A DNA stretch of 57,115 nt, counting the filler, from Porpidia crustulata (Eukaryota): NCBI GenBank assembly GCA_964255105.1. It is 3 parts of 3 records of this genome, joined end to end, with 100 filler letters (N's around TTAATTAATTAA, not from the genome) between each part and the next. Parts side by side here need not be neighbours in the genome. Positions count along the whole stretch, not along the records: positions 1 to 18,976 come from CAXUWE010000156.1; 2 more parts are not named here. The stretch is one strand, 5' to 3'. Below, one piece after another: positions 1 through 11,913 of the stretch; the first letter of the stretch is position 1; each line of letters starts with the position of its first letter. Both the position numbers and the translations under genes were made by a program. A model generated the notes under the pieces. That model was not told the DNA's origin, did not search any database, and saw nothing but the letters and a program-made list of their open reading frames with translations.

Positions 1-491
1 GGAGGAGGGTTTTGTGATAGGGGGTTGGAAAGGCTCCTAAGGGGCTTGTGAGAAATCATTTGGATGCTTCAGGGCTGCTCCCCAGGGACTTCAAAAATCA
101 GATCACTTCACAAGAAAGCCACATCTTCCAAGAAACTATCAATTCTACGCCTGAATCTTAATGCTCTTCTACATTCACTAATAAGCTACGGTGTAAACCA
201 ACACAAAGCCAACCACATGGGAAGATGTAAAAAAAAAAACTACACGGGGGGGTATCGACTGAGGAGAACCACAAACAAACACCGCACTGGTAGACTAATG
301 CGCTGGATCACGGGACCAAGATCACTTCCCTTTTCCTCCGAAACACCACCATAGCCCAAGAATCATCACACCACGAGCCGCTAATCCAAGACTCGCCTTC
401 GTAGCCAAATTCCCGGATTACTGGGGTAGAAGATAGAAAAATACAAACGCTATCTAAAACCCCGTTCCACAGATCCCGACGAGACAAGAGT

Positions 492-3400
492 CTAGACCCT
501 CCGTTGCTGCGGAGTATCCGGGATATCCCAGATGTCCGCGCCCGGCTGGCTCACCTTCACCTGGGCATTCAGCGTAGGAGCAGGTGCTTGGGGTTGAAAG
601 TCTCGCGTGGCTTCACTCTTGACACTTGAGTCTGAGGGGTGGATGTACTCCTTCGAGTTGCCGTGTTCGCTCCTTTTCTCTAACGAGGAAGGAGGATGTT
701 GGGCTATATCATGGAGGCCACTATTGGCTTGAGCGGGAGACCGAAAACCATGGGATGCTTTTGTTTCTGCTTCGTGGATTGGGTTGGGATTCAAAGCCTG
801 ATTGATGCTTGGAGGAACGATCTTTGGACCCGCAAACATGATTGGTGATGAGGAGGTGAAGATTGGTAGGTCCTGTTTCGTACGCTTTGGTGTCGAAGGT
901 GTTGGTGCATCGGTGGGTGGTATTATTGCAATTGAGCTACTCTGAGGCATGAATGCGTGTAGCGGCTGCAGCTCATCCTGGTGAATAGTTGGCATTGGTG
1001 CAGGAATAGTCGGGGCACTAGGTGGGAGGAAAGCTGTTGGCTGCGTTTCCGCGGCTTCGTGGGGGATCGCTGGCTGACGTGCTTCTACTGAAGGCTCACT
1101 GTGAGAAGCAGCTTCATAGACGGTGATCAGTACTGAGGTTGTGGGGAGGTCTTGGTAGGAAGTAGAGACTTGCTCCGGCGTATCTGTTTCGATTTCAATT
1201 GCGCTTGATGAGGGGCCCGGAGATGTAGGCTGAGTGGGTAAGGAATGAAGACGCATATTATCGAATTTGGCTGTTGACGAAGCCGCTTGCGAAGTCCCCT
1301 CTAGCTCTGTACTGGGCATGACTGCTGATGTAGTAGCCGCAGGCGACATTTTTATCTCTGATTTGACAGCGTCCCGAGCTTTCGTAGGTTTTGGTACTAC
1401 AGATTTAGGCCGTCCCCTGGCTGCAGGCTTTGGCTTCACTACTTCAGCTTTTTGTTCCTGCGTCGGCTTTACGTTGAGCTTAAGACTCATTTTTTTCAGC
1501 CCGGATGCTAATTGTTCTACGTCTTCATTCTTTGAGTCCTCGTTCACACTCAAAGGTGTCTGGGCCTCCTTTTGCCTGGTATGGTTTGAAGCTTGTGGAT
1601 TCCCATATTTAGAGGTACTCGAATGAACTGAAGGTATACGAGGCGCCGGCGGAATCTTCTTGACCGCTCTAGCTTTCGACATGTCTGATGCATTCGCACT
1701 TGATACACGATTTTTCTTGACGACTAGCGCATCTCGCCCGCGCTGATTGTCTGAGAGAGGGCCTAGATTCGTTTCGATAGCTCCTTCGCCAGCTACAGAA
1801 CCGATACTCGAAGCCACACTCACACGTCTGCTTCTTTGCTTTGCCGCTTTTTCAGGCGCTACGGGAGCTACTGCTGACGGCAAAGTCTGTCCATCTTGAC
1901 CAAACACAGATAGATCGGCGATGGTCTTGCGACGGTTTGCTCGCGACTGAGGCTTTTCTTCTTCATCTTCTGACATGTACCTTGGTGGCTTGCTCGTCCT
2001 GTCTCTCAACTGCATTCGCTTTCCATCAGAATCGGGAAGCTCTGTAGGCAGACCTATCGTGGACTGACGATCCTTGCGTACTCGGGTTGCCTGGGCATTC
2101 AAATCTTCAGGTTTGCAACTCTCAGTCTGACGGTCGGAGGGTATCAACAGCTTCGATAATTCGTGGGCAGCGATAGTCCAGTCTACCTCTGGCGGTGGTG
2201 GGCTGGGTACTCTGGGATTTGGTGATGCCAAAGTATGGGTATTCATGCCAGACCCAGATAATGAACGACGGTATTGCGGTGAAATTATTTTTGCGGTGTA
2301 GGACTGTGTAGCAGAAGTGTATGTAGGGGTGGCGTTCCGGACCTTTCTTGGAGGGGCTACAGGCGGAGCCGGTTGTACAAGTTTCTCTATCTCTTCTAAT
2401 CGTGGCAATGTCCACCAGGAAGGATCAAATGTCTCAACAACGCCGACGCTAGCTGTATCTTGTACCAAACTGCCGTTGAGATCTAATCTTCCAAGTCTCT
2501 GATTCATCTCGTGAGCTAATCCGTTGCTCATGCCCCTGGGCCTCCCTGGGTCGTTTAGGATTGTGGTCAAGCCACTGATATGACTCAAGACGCCACTTAT
2601 TAGCGCCCTGTCACTATAGCCTCCTTCAAGCACACTGACGACCCTCCCATTGACCCCTAAGCCCTCTTCTTCAGACAGTTTCACCACGTCGCGAGTGAAC
2701 CGAGCGTAGAAGTCCGTCGGTACGTTGACTTGGTGTCTTTGCATTCCAGGGCTCTCCCACTCACTGGCATCAAATCCCGCCGACAGGAAAATGGCAGCCC
2801 TAGGCTGGGGGTGGGTCGGTGCTTGTCGTAGTCGATCCGCATGATGGCGAAGAAAATTCCTAGCTTTAGTAATAATTAAAGAATATCTATTTTCATAAAG
2901 CTCCCAGAACTCTGCGTCGGTCTTCCATGGTTGTAGATGAACGTTCCATATAGTCTGGCCATGAGCATTTTCGAGACACAAGCTTGCATTACGCACTTTC
3001 TCCTCATCACCCATCTCGCAAGGATAGGAATTGATGTCGTGTAAACTGAAATAACCGATTGCTGTCTTCTTTGACGTTGGAGTATTCTTGGGTAACAAGG
3101 CCATTCGAGCATTGTGTGCCCATGTAATAGACTGGGAGCCGTCTCCGTGATGTAAATCGAAGTCAATGATAGCTGCGTGGGTCAGACCGTGGGCAATGGC
3201 TGCATGACCAACCCCAACATGGACATTGTTCAGCCAGCAAAAGCCAGACGGATAGTCCGCCGAGCAATGATGCCCAGGAGGCCGAATGGAGACAAATGCA
3301 CGCTTCACATCGTTTTCGGCAAAGACTGCATCCACGCCTTCACAGACACCCCCCAACGCTCCTTCCAAGGCGCTCAAAGATCCGGAACAGAGGTAGAGAT

Positions 3401-4310
3401 CTCCCTCGTGTAGCTTTGGCTTATCAACATTCCCATTGCCATTCGCCTGCTCTCCGATGCTAGGCCTGGTCAATTCTTTTCCATTGAGAGCCAATTTTGC
3501 TTCGGCTCCTTCACACATGGTACTCAATTCTTTCATCCACTTGGTTCCATGGATAGCTGTTGCCGCCTGAGACGTCAAAGGCAGAGTTCTGTTAGTCTTG
3601 TGTATTCTGAAAGGTGGGGAGGGAAGAGAATTCGGTTCTTTCTTTGGATGAGGAGCTGCATGACCCCCTGCATGCCGTCCACCGAGCCGAACATAAGCTG
3701 TAGCTAGACCTAAAACAGATGCATGTATACGTTCTGGCCGTTCGACAATAGTACTGAGGCCGAGCCTGGAAGTACGAGGTCTTGAATACCGGTGGCCGTA
3801 ACAATCATCCTGTAGGATTACGACAGTCTCTTGCTTTCCGCGCATCTTACTGTTGTCGTGATGTACCCGGAGCTCCTCCTTGAAGAATTGCTCTGCAACT
3901 GAAGCAGCTGTAGGTTGAATGGGCTCTTCAGCTGGAATCGGGAGATTCAATCTGAGGCCCATGCTTGCATTTGGCGATGAAGCGAGGGTTGAGGATGTTC
4001 TGCGAAAAGATGGCGATCTTGGCGGAGTGCCTTCATCTACACCTTTTAACGAGCTCAAAGAGGTGCGCTTGTGCAGGGTCGGTGTTGCAGATCGTGCATT
4101 GCTCCCGAGAGAACTAGAACTTGGAGTCCTTTTCATGGGGCTTCTGGGCGACTGCACTTGTCCAAATGGTGATGCATTTCCGTGGGAGATATTTCTGATG
4201 CCTGGTTGTGAAACTGTTGGCGAGCTGGGAAGGGGAGCAGTAGTAGCAGTGCTGAGCGAAAGCCGCCTCACTCTATCCGAAATGGATGTTCCATTGTTGT
4301 TTGTTGACAT
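492..4310 (-). CDS. HOS3: Histone deacetylase Hos3/HosB-like, single exon, 1272 aa
   Basis: HDAC motifs ERPERI, RPPGHH, GFCWLNNV, IDFDLHHGDG, SAGFDA and VLEGGY, plus Hos3-type SLHDINSYPCE, flanked by long Ser/Pro-rich tails. Confidence 0.95.
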   Translation of the reverse strand: MSTNNNGTSISDRVRRLSLSTATTAPLPSSPTVSQPGIRNISHGNASPFGQVQSPRSPMKRTPSSSSLGSNARSATPTLHKRTSLSSLKGVDEGTPPRSPSFRRTSSTLASSPNASMGLRLNLPIPAEEPIQPTAASVAEQFFKEELRVHHDNSKMRGKQETVVILQDDCYGHRYSRPRTSRLGLSTIVERPERIHASVLGLATAYVRLGGRHAGGHAAPHPKKEPNSLPSPPFRIHKTNRTLPLTSQAATAIHGTKWMKELSTMCEGAEAKLALNGKELTRPSIGEQANGNGNVDKPKLHEGDLYLCSGSLSALEGALGGVCEGVDAVFAENDVKRAFVSIRPPGHHCSADYPSGFCWLNNVHVGVGHAAIAHGLTHAAIIDFDLHHGDGSQSITWAHNARMALLPKNTPTSKKTAIGYFSLHDINSYPCEMGDEEKVRNASLCLENAHGQTIWNVHLQPWKTDAEFWELYENRYSLIITKARNFLRHHADRLRQAPTHPQPRAAIFLSAGFDASEWESPGMQRHQVNVPTDFYARFTRDVVKLSEEEGLGVNGRVVSVLEGGYSDRALISGVLSHISGLTTILNDPGRPRGMSNGLAHEMNQRLGRLDLNGSLVQDTASVGVVETFDPSWWTLPRLEEIEKLVQPAPPVAPPRKVRNATPTYTSATQSYTAKIISPQYRRSLSGSGMNTHTLASPNPRVPSPPPPEVDWTIAAHELSKLLIPSDRQTESCKPEDLNAQATRVRKDRQSTIGLPTELPDSDGKRMQLRDRTSKPPRYMSEDEEEKPQSRANRRKTIADLSVFGQDGQTLPSAVAPVAPEKAAKQRSRRVSVASSIGSVAGEGAIETNLGPLSDNQRGRDALVVKKNRVSSANASDMSKARAVKKIPPAPRIPSVHSSTSKYGNPQASNHTRQKEAQTPLSVNEDSKNEDVEQLASGLKKMSLKLNVKPTQEQKAEVVKPKPAARGRPKSVVPKPTKARDAVKSEIKMSPAATTSAVMPSTELEGTSQAASSTAKFDNMRLHSLPTQPTSPGPSSSAIEIETDTPEQVSTSYQDLPTTSVLITVYEAASHSEPSVEARQPAIPHEAAETQPTAFLPPSAPTIPAPMPTIHQDELQPLHAFMPQSSSIAIIPPTDAPTPSTPKRTKQDLPIFTSSSPIMFAGPKIVPPSINQALNPNPIHEAETKASHGFRSPAQANSGLHDIAQHPPSSLEKRSEHGNSKEYIHPSDSSVKSEATRDFQPQAPAPTLNAQVKVSQPGADIWDIPDTPQQRRV

Positions 4311-4825
4311 CGTGCTTCTGTGTTGCTCAGCCTTTGCTACTGGACTCTAACTGATGTCCATAGCTGGCATAGAGAGAAGTCTGGCGGCTGCTGCTGCTGC
4401 TCACCGCAGCTATGACCAACCCCTCAAACTGTCATCGCAAACGCAGCAGGGGGAAGTTGGGTACACGCTTGGAATCCACGCGCTTGGTCGCATCGCTCCT
4501 ATCTTAGCCTTAGCGTTGTTAGATAGGGCTGAGAAACCAACCCCGGAATGGCCAATCACCGTCATGACAGCTTGCAGCGGTTACGCCAAATCTGAACCCC
4601 TTTATTATATAGAGGTTCATCAATAAGGATCATGTTGGTACTCATTTTGGCCCGCGGTCATAACCTTTTCTGTTAGATATCAAAATTCGTTGTCCCGGTA
4701 AATTTGTTTTTCTGGATAAAGCTGAATCTGGTCTCGCAAAGAGCAGAGAGGACAATTTGCTAAGTTCATATCTGTAGATTAAGGAATTTGTTAGAGCTTC
4801 CAAGAAACCCTGGCTACTTCTTATT

Positions 4826-6435
4826 ATGATGGAGCAAGTAGCCACATCGTCTCAATCAGCTGCACTTTCTTTTCAGGTCGTCGCTCAATGCTCTGTCAGT
4901 CTTGTCTCATGTAATGGCTGTCAGCCGCCCAACTCACAAGGAACATTATCAATGCTAATTTATACCTCTGTTACTGCAGACTACGAAGGCTCGAGCTTCA
5001 GTTCTCACCCTACCCCACGGACCTGTATCCCTTCCCATTTTCATGCCTGTTGCCACCCAGGCGTCAATCAAGGGAATTACACCTGCGCAGTTGGCCCGAA
5101 TGGGTTGCAATCTGTGCTTGAACAATACTTACCACCTAGGTCTGAAACCAGGCCAAGAAACCATGGAGAAGGTTGGTGGTGCCCATGCTTTCCAGGGTTG
5201 GAATGGGAATATCCTGACTGATAGTGGCGGGTAAGTTCAGCGGCGGGTAGCTTCGAGGGCTCTGGCGCTCAAATTTGAAGATTTCCACTGACGCCAGGAT
5301 GCTGGGGTAAGATTTCAGATGGTTAGCCTCTTGAAATTAGCAAACATTACGGAGGAGGGGGTGCGGTTTCTGAGCCCACACGACGGATCACCGATGTAAG
5401 CCACAACTATCTGATGTACCAAGTTACGATCCCTGAAATATACAAGGCTTCTAACCCCGGAGCATTCAATATCTCTTCAGAATACAATCGGTTCAGACAT
5501 CATCATGCAGCTTGATGATGTTATCGTTACAACATCTCCTGATGCAAAAAGAATGCAAGAGGCAATGGAGAGATCAGTGAGATGGTTAGATCGCTGCATT
5601 ACAGCACACAAGCGCCCGGACAAGCAGAACCTTTTCTGCATCATTCAAGGCGGATTGGACCTCGAAATGAGAAAGACATGTTGTGAGGAGATGGTAAAAC
5701 GTAATACGCCCGGCATTGCTATCGGTGGGCTCTCCGGGGGTGAAGCGAAAGACTCCTATTGCGAGGTGTAAGATACGTTGAAGTAATAGACGATGCGAAA
5801 TAGGCTCACAAAACCTAGTGTTGATAACTGCACAAATTGGCTTCCCAACAACAAGCCTCGATATGTCATGGGTATTGGCTATCCAGAGGATCTTGTTGTT
5901 TCTGTTGCCCTTGGAGCAGACATGTTTGATTGTGTTTGGCCGACCAGAACTGCTGTAAGTAATGTCAGTCAATACGAAAGTCGAGACACTGATATTTGCT
6001 CTAGCGCTTTGGAAATGCCATCACGTCTATAGGTACTCTAAATCTGCGCCACGCTTCGTTCTCTTGTGACTTCAGTCCGATTGAAGAAGGTTGCGAATGT
6101 GTCTGCTGCCGGTCACCAGAACAAGGGGGTCTAGGTATCACTCGCGCGTTAATTTTTCATCTCGCCGCGAAAGAGACGGCTGGTGCTCATTTGTAAGTTC
6201 TATTCATAGTACACCGAGAATGGTAGCTAATATGGTCACCCGAGACAGACTTACCATGCATAATGTACATTACATGCTCTCTCTGATGAAACAGGTTAGG
6301 AACGCTATCATTGATGACAGATATCCGGAATTTTTGCGAAATTACTTTAGACGCTTATACGGAGGTGACTCCTCAAAGATACCTCAATGGGCTGTAACAG
6401 CATTACGGAACGTTGGTGTAGATCTTCGTTCGTAA
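4826..6435 (+). CDS. QTRT1: Queuine tRNA-ribosyltransferase catalytic subunit; exons 4826-4894, 4980-5230, 5312-5395, 5447-5767, 5819-5954, 6005-6192, 6249-6435
   Basis: Spliced frame gives [66 protein letters not shown], zinc site CECVCC and HNVHY. All six introns are GT..AG. Confidence 0.95.
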
Positions 6436-6831
6436 CAGCTCCGGAGAGCCCTTAGGTCAGCTAACGTAGGATACTCGAGCCAAGCTTCCCGAGAAAAAGG
6501 GATTGAAAGCGATCTATAACATTAATTGATTGTGGAGAGGAGAAATTATTGAAATCAGCTTGCCAAACCACAAAATCGAGGTCGCCATTCATCATTGAAT
6601 CTGGAATCTCTGCAGTATGTTCTCAAACTCCCTCTCTGTCTTCTTCCGAACATATGGACCTGCCTACGCTGGATCATGGTAGAAAAAAAATCGAGGTAAA
6701 CACGGCTGTGATACTATCCTTGAGAAAGGCGCCGATCCTTATGTTTTGGCTAGCCCAGTTGACATCACGTCTTTTCGCTTCTCATGAACTTGCTGCTTTG
6801 TACGATTGGACAGAGAAATCACCCAGACCAT

Positions 6832-7125
6832 CTAAACACCACCTCCCCCCGAAACCCGTTCCAACGAGCTCTGGAAATATTGACCACTTCCCCCTAGCTG
6901 AACCACCCATACACCGTTCTGCCTTCGATGACCACCGCCAGTTTCTCTCCAGCCTCGACGTGCCATCTGCCAGCGCAATTCCAACGGCTGGAAGTTTCTG
7001 ATGACCTCCCGCCACTCTCGGCACGTCTCGTAGCACCGGAGAAGGTCTTGCATGGGAAGATTCTTGAGCACCATTACCAATAACTCGCGAGGCAGGGCCT
7101 GGGATTCGCTGAGGATCGATATTAT
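6832..7125 (-). pseudogene. F-box gene relic
   Basis: Frame reads ALPRELLVMVLKNLPMQDLLRCYETCREWREVI, an F-box consensus. An in-frame TAA lies just upstream with no ATG before the motif, and the frame ends soon after. Confidence 0.5.
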
Positions 7126-7905
7126 AGGTTATTGATGGGTAGATTTGAAAGCGAGAGATGGATGGTTGATGTGTAGATTTTATTTTAGGTACCATCTCAC
7201 AATATATACAGCATCAAACAAACGCCGAGCAGAGGAAAGCGGATCAGACAAAAGAATAGAGCATTTGTGATATTTTACTGCACCTTTTCAAGCAAGCAGC
7301 AGTCACATTCTTTCAAAAGTATGCGCAAACATTACATACCTCCCGACCAAGTATTGGATATGCGTCGCCAAACAAAGCCCATGTTGCCAACGGCAGCAAA
7401 CACGCTGCCCTTGAGACGAACCTTTCAATTCCACCCTTCCATCCCGCGCCTCTGTCCGAGAGGAATCACGTGTTGTACAAGAAATCGTCACGATGCATTC
7501 ATTATCCCAATTACCATCCCAAACTCCAGACCACCAGATCATCTTTCCTCCCTTGCTTCTTCTATACTCTCCGAAATAAACTTTTCCACTGGCTCTAATT
7601 GCCGAGTCCCATGAGTCGAAATTGATATGTAATTCACAGGGCCTAGCACAGATTTCGCAGACCACATCGGAGGTGAAGACAGATGAATGGGCGTGGTGGA
7701 GAGTAGGAAAGAACATGCTAGATTGGAAAGAAGTAGCTAGCTAGCTCTAGAGCAACGGTAATCTGGTGGACTGCTTCCAACGTGCAATATACAAATCCCG
7801 ATACCGATCCATCGCTATCCATTTATCCACGTCCCAACCGTCCAACACGCCAAGCACACCTTTTCCACCTCCCAAACACCATCCTTCCGTGGAAAAAAAG
7901 CCGCT

Positions 7906-10900
7906 TTATCCCTTTCTACTGATACTACTCGCCAGACTACTCCCTCTGAAAAAACTCCACTTGCTACTGACCTTGCTCCCCGTATCGCTCACCCAGTCCG
8001 GCACCCTCACCCCCTTCAGACTAATCTTCATCCTCCCTTCCGCAACCATATGCACGATGTTGATGATGCCAAACGTACTGCTGCCCAGACCCCGGAAGAT
8101 CGCCAGCGCGGCAACCGCCCAGAGGATGAATTTAAGGTAAAAATTCTCTCCGATCGTGGTGGTGCTGTAGGCTTCACTGACGGCCATGCCCAGGATCGCG
8201 TTGCTGACCATCCAGCACACGACCATGTAGGTGCGCACGGCGCGGTAGTAGTCTTCCTGCTGCTGCGCCTCGCTGACGCCGTCTTTGGCGACTTCGAGTC
8301 TGTCGCGCAGGTTGCGCAGGGCTTCGTCGTAGCCGGAGTCGATGTCGAGTTGCTCCGACGGCATTTCCAACTCGACAGTGTTGCCCTTGCCGGAAACGGC
8401 GGCGCCGAGGTCGATGTGGATGACATTGTCGCCTTTGGTGCCCCAGGTGACATCGTGGGTGTTGCAGAAGGCGTAGACTTGGAGGGTGCAGATGTAAGAG
8501 GGTAAGAGGGCGAAGTATTGGGCGGCGGAGGTAAACATGTGCCAGGGATCGAGGTAGAGGAAGGACATGAGGAAGTAGAGACCGACGGTTGAGCAGGTAG
8601 ATACGATGAGGTTTGTGAAGAGGTTGTTACCAAGTACTAGGACCGTAGTAGGGTTCTTGAGCTGGGTAATGACAATATAGAGGGCTGCGAAGGTGGTGTA
8701 GGCCATGATGATGGAGTAGACGACGAGGCTTGATGTGAACATTTTTTTGGCGCTAGATATAGGTGAGTAAATGGCTGCAGTCAACTGTGTCTGGAGAAAA
8801 CTTACCCTTGAGGGCGATTTCCCATTGATAGGATGAATTGTGTACAGATCAACAGTATACAGGAAAATCGAAGAATGATGAAAATATATAGCCCGATTCT
8901 ATGGCCAAAGGGGTCAAGCTTCGGATCTCCCAGTGAGCCGGCAATGAAGTAGAACGTGAGGTAGAAGTTTGCCTACTGCAGGTCAGCCACCGGGGGAATT
9001 CGTGATTCTCGGGGAAGCGCTCACAAGAGAGAACCACGTAAAGCACAAGCTGACGAATTGATATACAAATTCTATGTGCAACAGAACTTTCCGCATTATG
9101 GTATGGTCTGTATGCCATATCTGTCTAAAATGAACAAGTGAGTATACAGCAGCAAAGAAGGCGCCATTGAGCCATCGCCGTCGCTGCGAGATAAATTCTG
9201 GTACAGCGTCTACCGAAAATCAGTAGGGTTAATCAAGGAAAGTGGGAATCAAGGCTTACCAGGCACATCAGTCTCTCCAGTTGCACTCTTGACATATTTC
9301 AAGACCCAATGCTCATCCCTTTTGGCTACCAGTTCCCAGCAAAGGATTCGATCTTCAGCAAGGTACATATTCGCGGTGAAAACATCGGCATCTTGACCAT
9401 GTAGCATCTCGCCTTTGAAATATTGGCTCAACGGACCGTGCCCTGTGGCATCGTTTTGTAAGGCATAGTACCGATATGCACTTAATGCTCCGGGGAGAAC
9501 AGTGATGTAGCCGAAAACAGATTCTAAAGGCTTGTCGAGAATATTTGACATTTTGTATTCAAAGTTTTGGGAGGCCACCAACGGATTCAAAAGTCCAAGC
9601 CAGGCCTTGCCTTTCCCTGCTTTGATCTCACCGCACGCGCCTGCCACACTCGAATCAGTGTCGAAAGCCTTCCATAGATGGTAGAGAGAAGTTGGACCCG
9701 GTTTGGTCCCCACGTCCAGCAAAATGCATACATTTGGGCTTAGCGCTTTTCCGAAGGCGTTGAAGAACCATCGATGTGAGTTGAGCTTCTTTTGATTCTT
9801 CTCTTTTAGGCAGAATATCATTTGGCACGGTACAATTCCCTTCTCAGCTCCTTTGAACTTCAGATCAGAATCAAGCGAGACCTGCGTTGTGTATTCGTAC
9901 ACATGCGCTGTGACTTCTCGCTGGTTCACCAGGTTCTTTGCTATACCATCCTGATAAACACCCATAGCCGCCAAAGCGTCTAATGTCCTCGGATGTACTT
10001 TACGGCGTCCGTCGGAGACTATACACACAACGATCTTCTGCCAGCCATCTTTTCCCCATGTCCTTGATTTCGATCGGGAGCAAAAGTGCGATATATTTCT
10101 CATGACACCGTGCATGGTTCGAGTAAAGTCTAACTCATCTTCGTTATACATAGTGATACAGATGAATAATTCAGTATCTCTTGTCGTGCTGCCAATGTTC
10201 TGCCGTAGTTTGTAACCCTTCAATACGAAGTCATCAGGGTCGCAAGTCACCGCCGTATAACGCATATGAGTAAACTCGATCTCGTCTCTTCTTGGTAGAA
10301 AGCTGTATAATATTGTGGGTATCTTGCACTCCAGGATTAACTCTCCATTAATCAAGCGGACTTCCTTTTTCGCCATTTGAGCCTGTCTGGCACCACGTCT
10401 CCTTTCCTGCCGTCCAGTAGGCGCCTCTCCATAAAGATCGGGTTCCTCTTTGGGATACAAATCTTCTGTGAATGTGGATTGCGATTGGAAGGAATCGTAT
10501 GATTTAAGGCTTGCCCTGGGATTACCACCCGGGGGCCCAAAGACATCGTCGCTTTCTTCTTCAATTGGAATTGCAGTGTTCGCTGGTAGATCGCTAGACG
10601 AACGGCTTGAGGCTTGCGGTCCAGAAAATAAGGGTGCTGGAGGAAGGGGACGTTTTGGACTGCTGTATCTGGAAGAAGGCGTTCCGGGACGAGGACTGCC
10701 GTTGATATCGGCGGGCTCGTACGGAATGTTTGAAGGTGGTGGACGAGAGGATTCCGAGGAAGTTCGCGATAATGGATACGATCGCGTTGGCGAAGCTCTA
10801 CTTGGAATGTAAGGTAGATATGCAGGCGCATCTGTCGCTGGAGGAGGTATGTTCGGCGCCGAATCTAAGATCGAGGGTGATTGGGGTCGCGGGAGTGAAG

Positions 10901-11345
10901 TAGTGGACGGATGATACGACCTTTGGGGGGAGGCTGGCCTAAGAGGACTCATGGGTGAGCCTTGAGTTTTAAATGTTACACGAACGGTAGGACGACGCTG
11001 GTGATTGCTATGGGAGCTTTCCACTTGCGCAGAGGAGGACCATTGCGAGGATACAGGATTGGCTTCATCCTGATTCGGCTGGGCCTTGCCACGGGAATCA
11101 TAGGAGTCATTCGCCTCTGTCTGAATTCTCACGGCCTTACGCTTGGGGCTAGCGTGAATAACTGAAGGCCTTCTGGGATAAACATACGAGCTACGTTCCG
11201 TGCTGTCCCTTGAGTCTAGCAAGCGCATTGTAGAACTATTGTTATGCATATTGATTGGAGTACCGTCGTTTGAGGCGGCTGAATAAGACGGAGGCTCTCC
11301 CACATATCCTTGAGGGGCTCCATTTGGTGTCAATGGGCGACTCAT
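7906..11345 (-). CDS. CHS2: Chitin synthase, class II; exons 11345-9260, 9209-9025, 8972-8806, 8752-7906
   Basis: [68 protein letters not shown], spliced [29 protein letters not shown]. First ATG at 11345; an extra N-terminal intron cannot be excluded. Confidence 0.95.
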
Positions 11346-11913
11346 GGTAGAAATCTTCGCCAATCTGGTCCTCGTGCAGCGCGATGTGTCTGAATCAAGC
11401 TTGTTGATATCGCTTAAACCATGTGCCTAGATTTTCTGTCTGATCTAAGATACGAGACTGGGGCGACGTATCGATACTGACGAGTCTGTGTCGTCCAGGT
11501 TTAGAAGCTCTATTACAATGGCCTATTAAGGTAGTATACGATCTTTTGTATCTGCATACTGGATATTTCATGATAGGAGCCGATACTTCAGTATTTAGCA
11601 AATAAGGCTGTCGCACAGGGCAACGGATTGATTTGACGCGCGGACCGCAAGGCCCTCACACCTCATCGCACCAGTTTCCGAGTTGCGAAATGTCCAACAC
11701 CCGACTTCAATTATACGATGTCTCGTTCAATAAATACTGCTGAACAACATGGAGGAGGCAGAGGCATTCGGCTAGCAGTTCCGCCTTCCTAGATAATAGA
11801 CTAGCGTGATTAGCTTCGTCGGGCAAAACTTATCAAAGCTTTGAGGTCTTTGAACACGATCAAGTAAATCCTTCGAGACTTGGAAGGCGTCGTCTCCTCT
11901 AAAGCATACCGAT

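Noticed and set aside
7735..7750. Short GCTA run (and TACCTACC run near 37405)
   Set aside because: Trivial microsatellite-like sequence in intergenic or UTR DNA.
8028..8633. Long overlapping ORFs (8028..8633 -, 8050..8505 +) as separate genes
   Set aside because: Shadow frames of the GC-rich last chitin synthase exon; no motifs.
11005..11187. Possible intron in the chitin synthase N-terminus (GTATGT at 11187)
   Set aside because: The frame is open through it and I found no convincing in-phase acceptor with a branch point; left unannotated.
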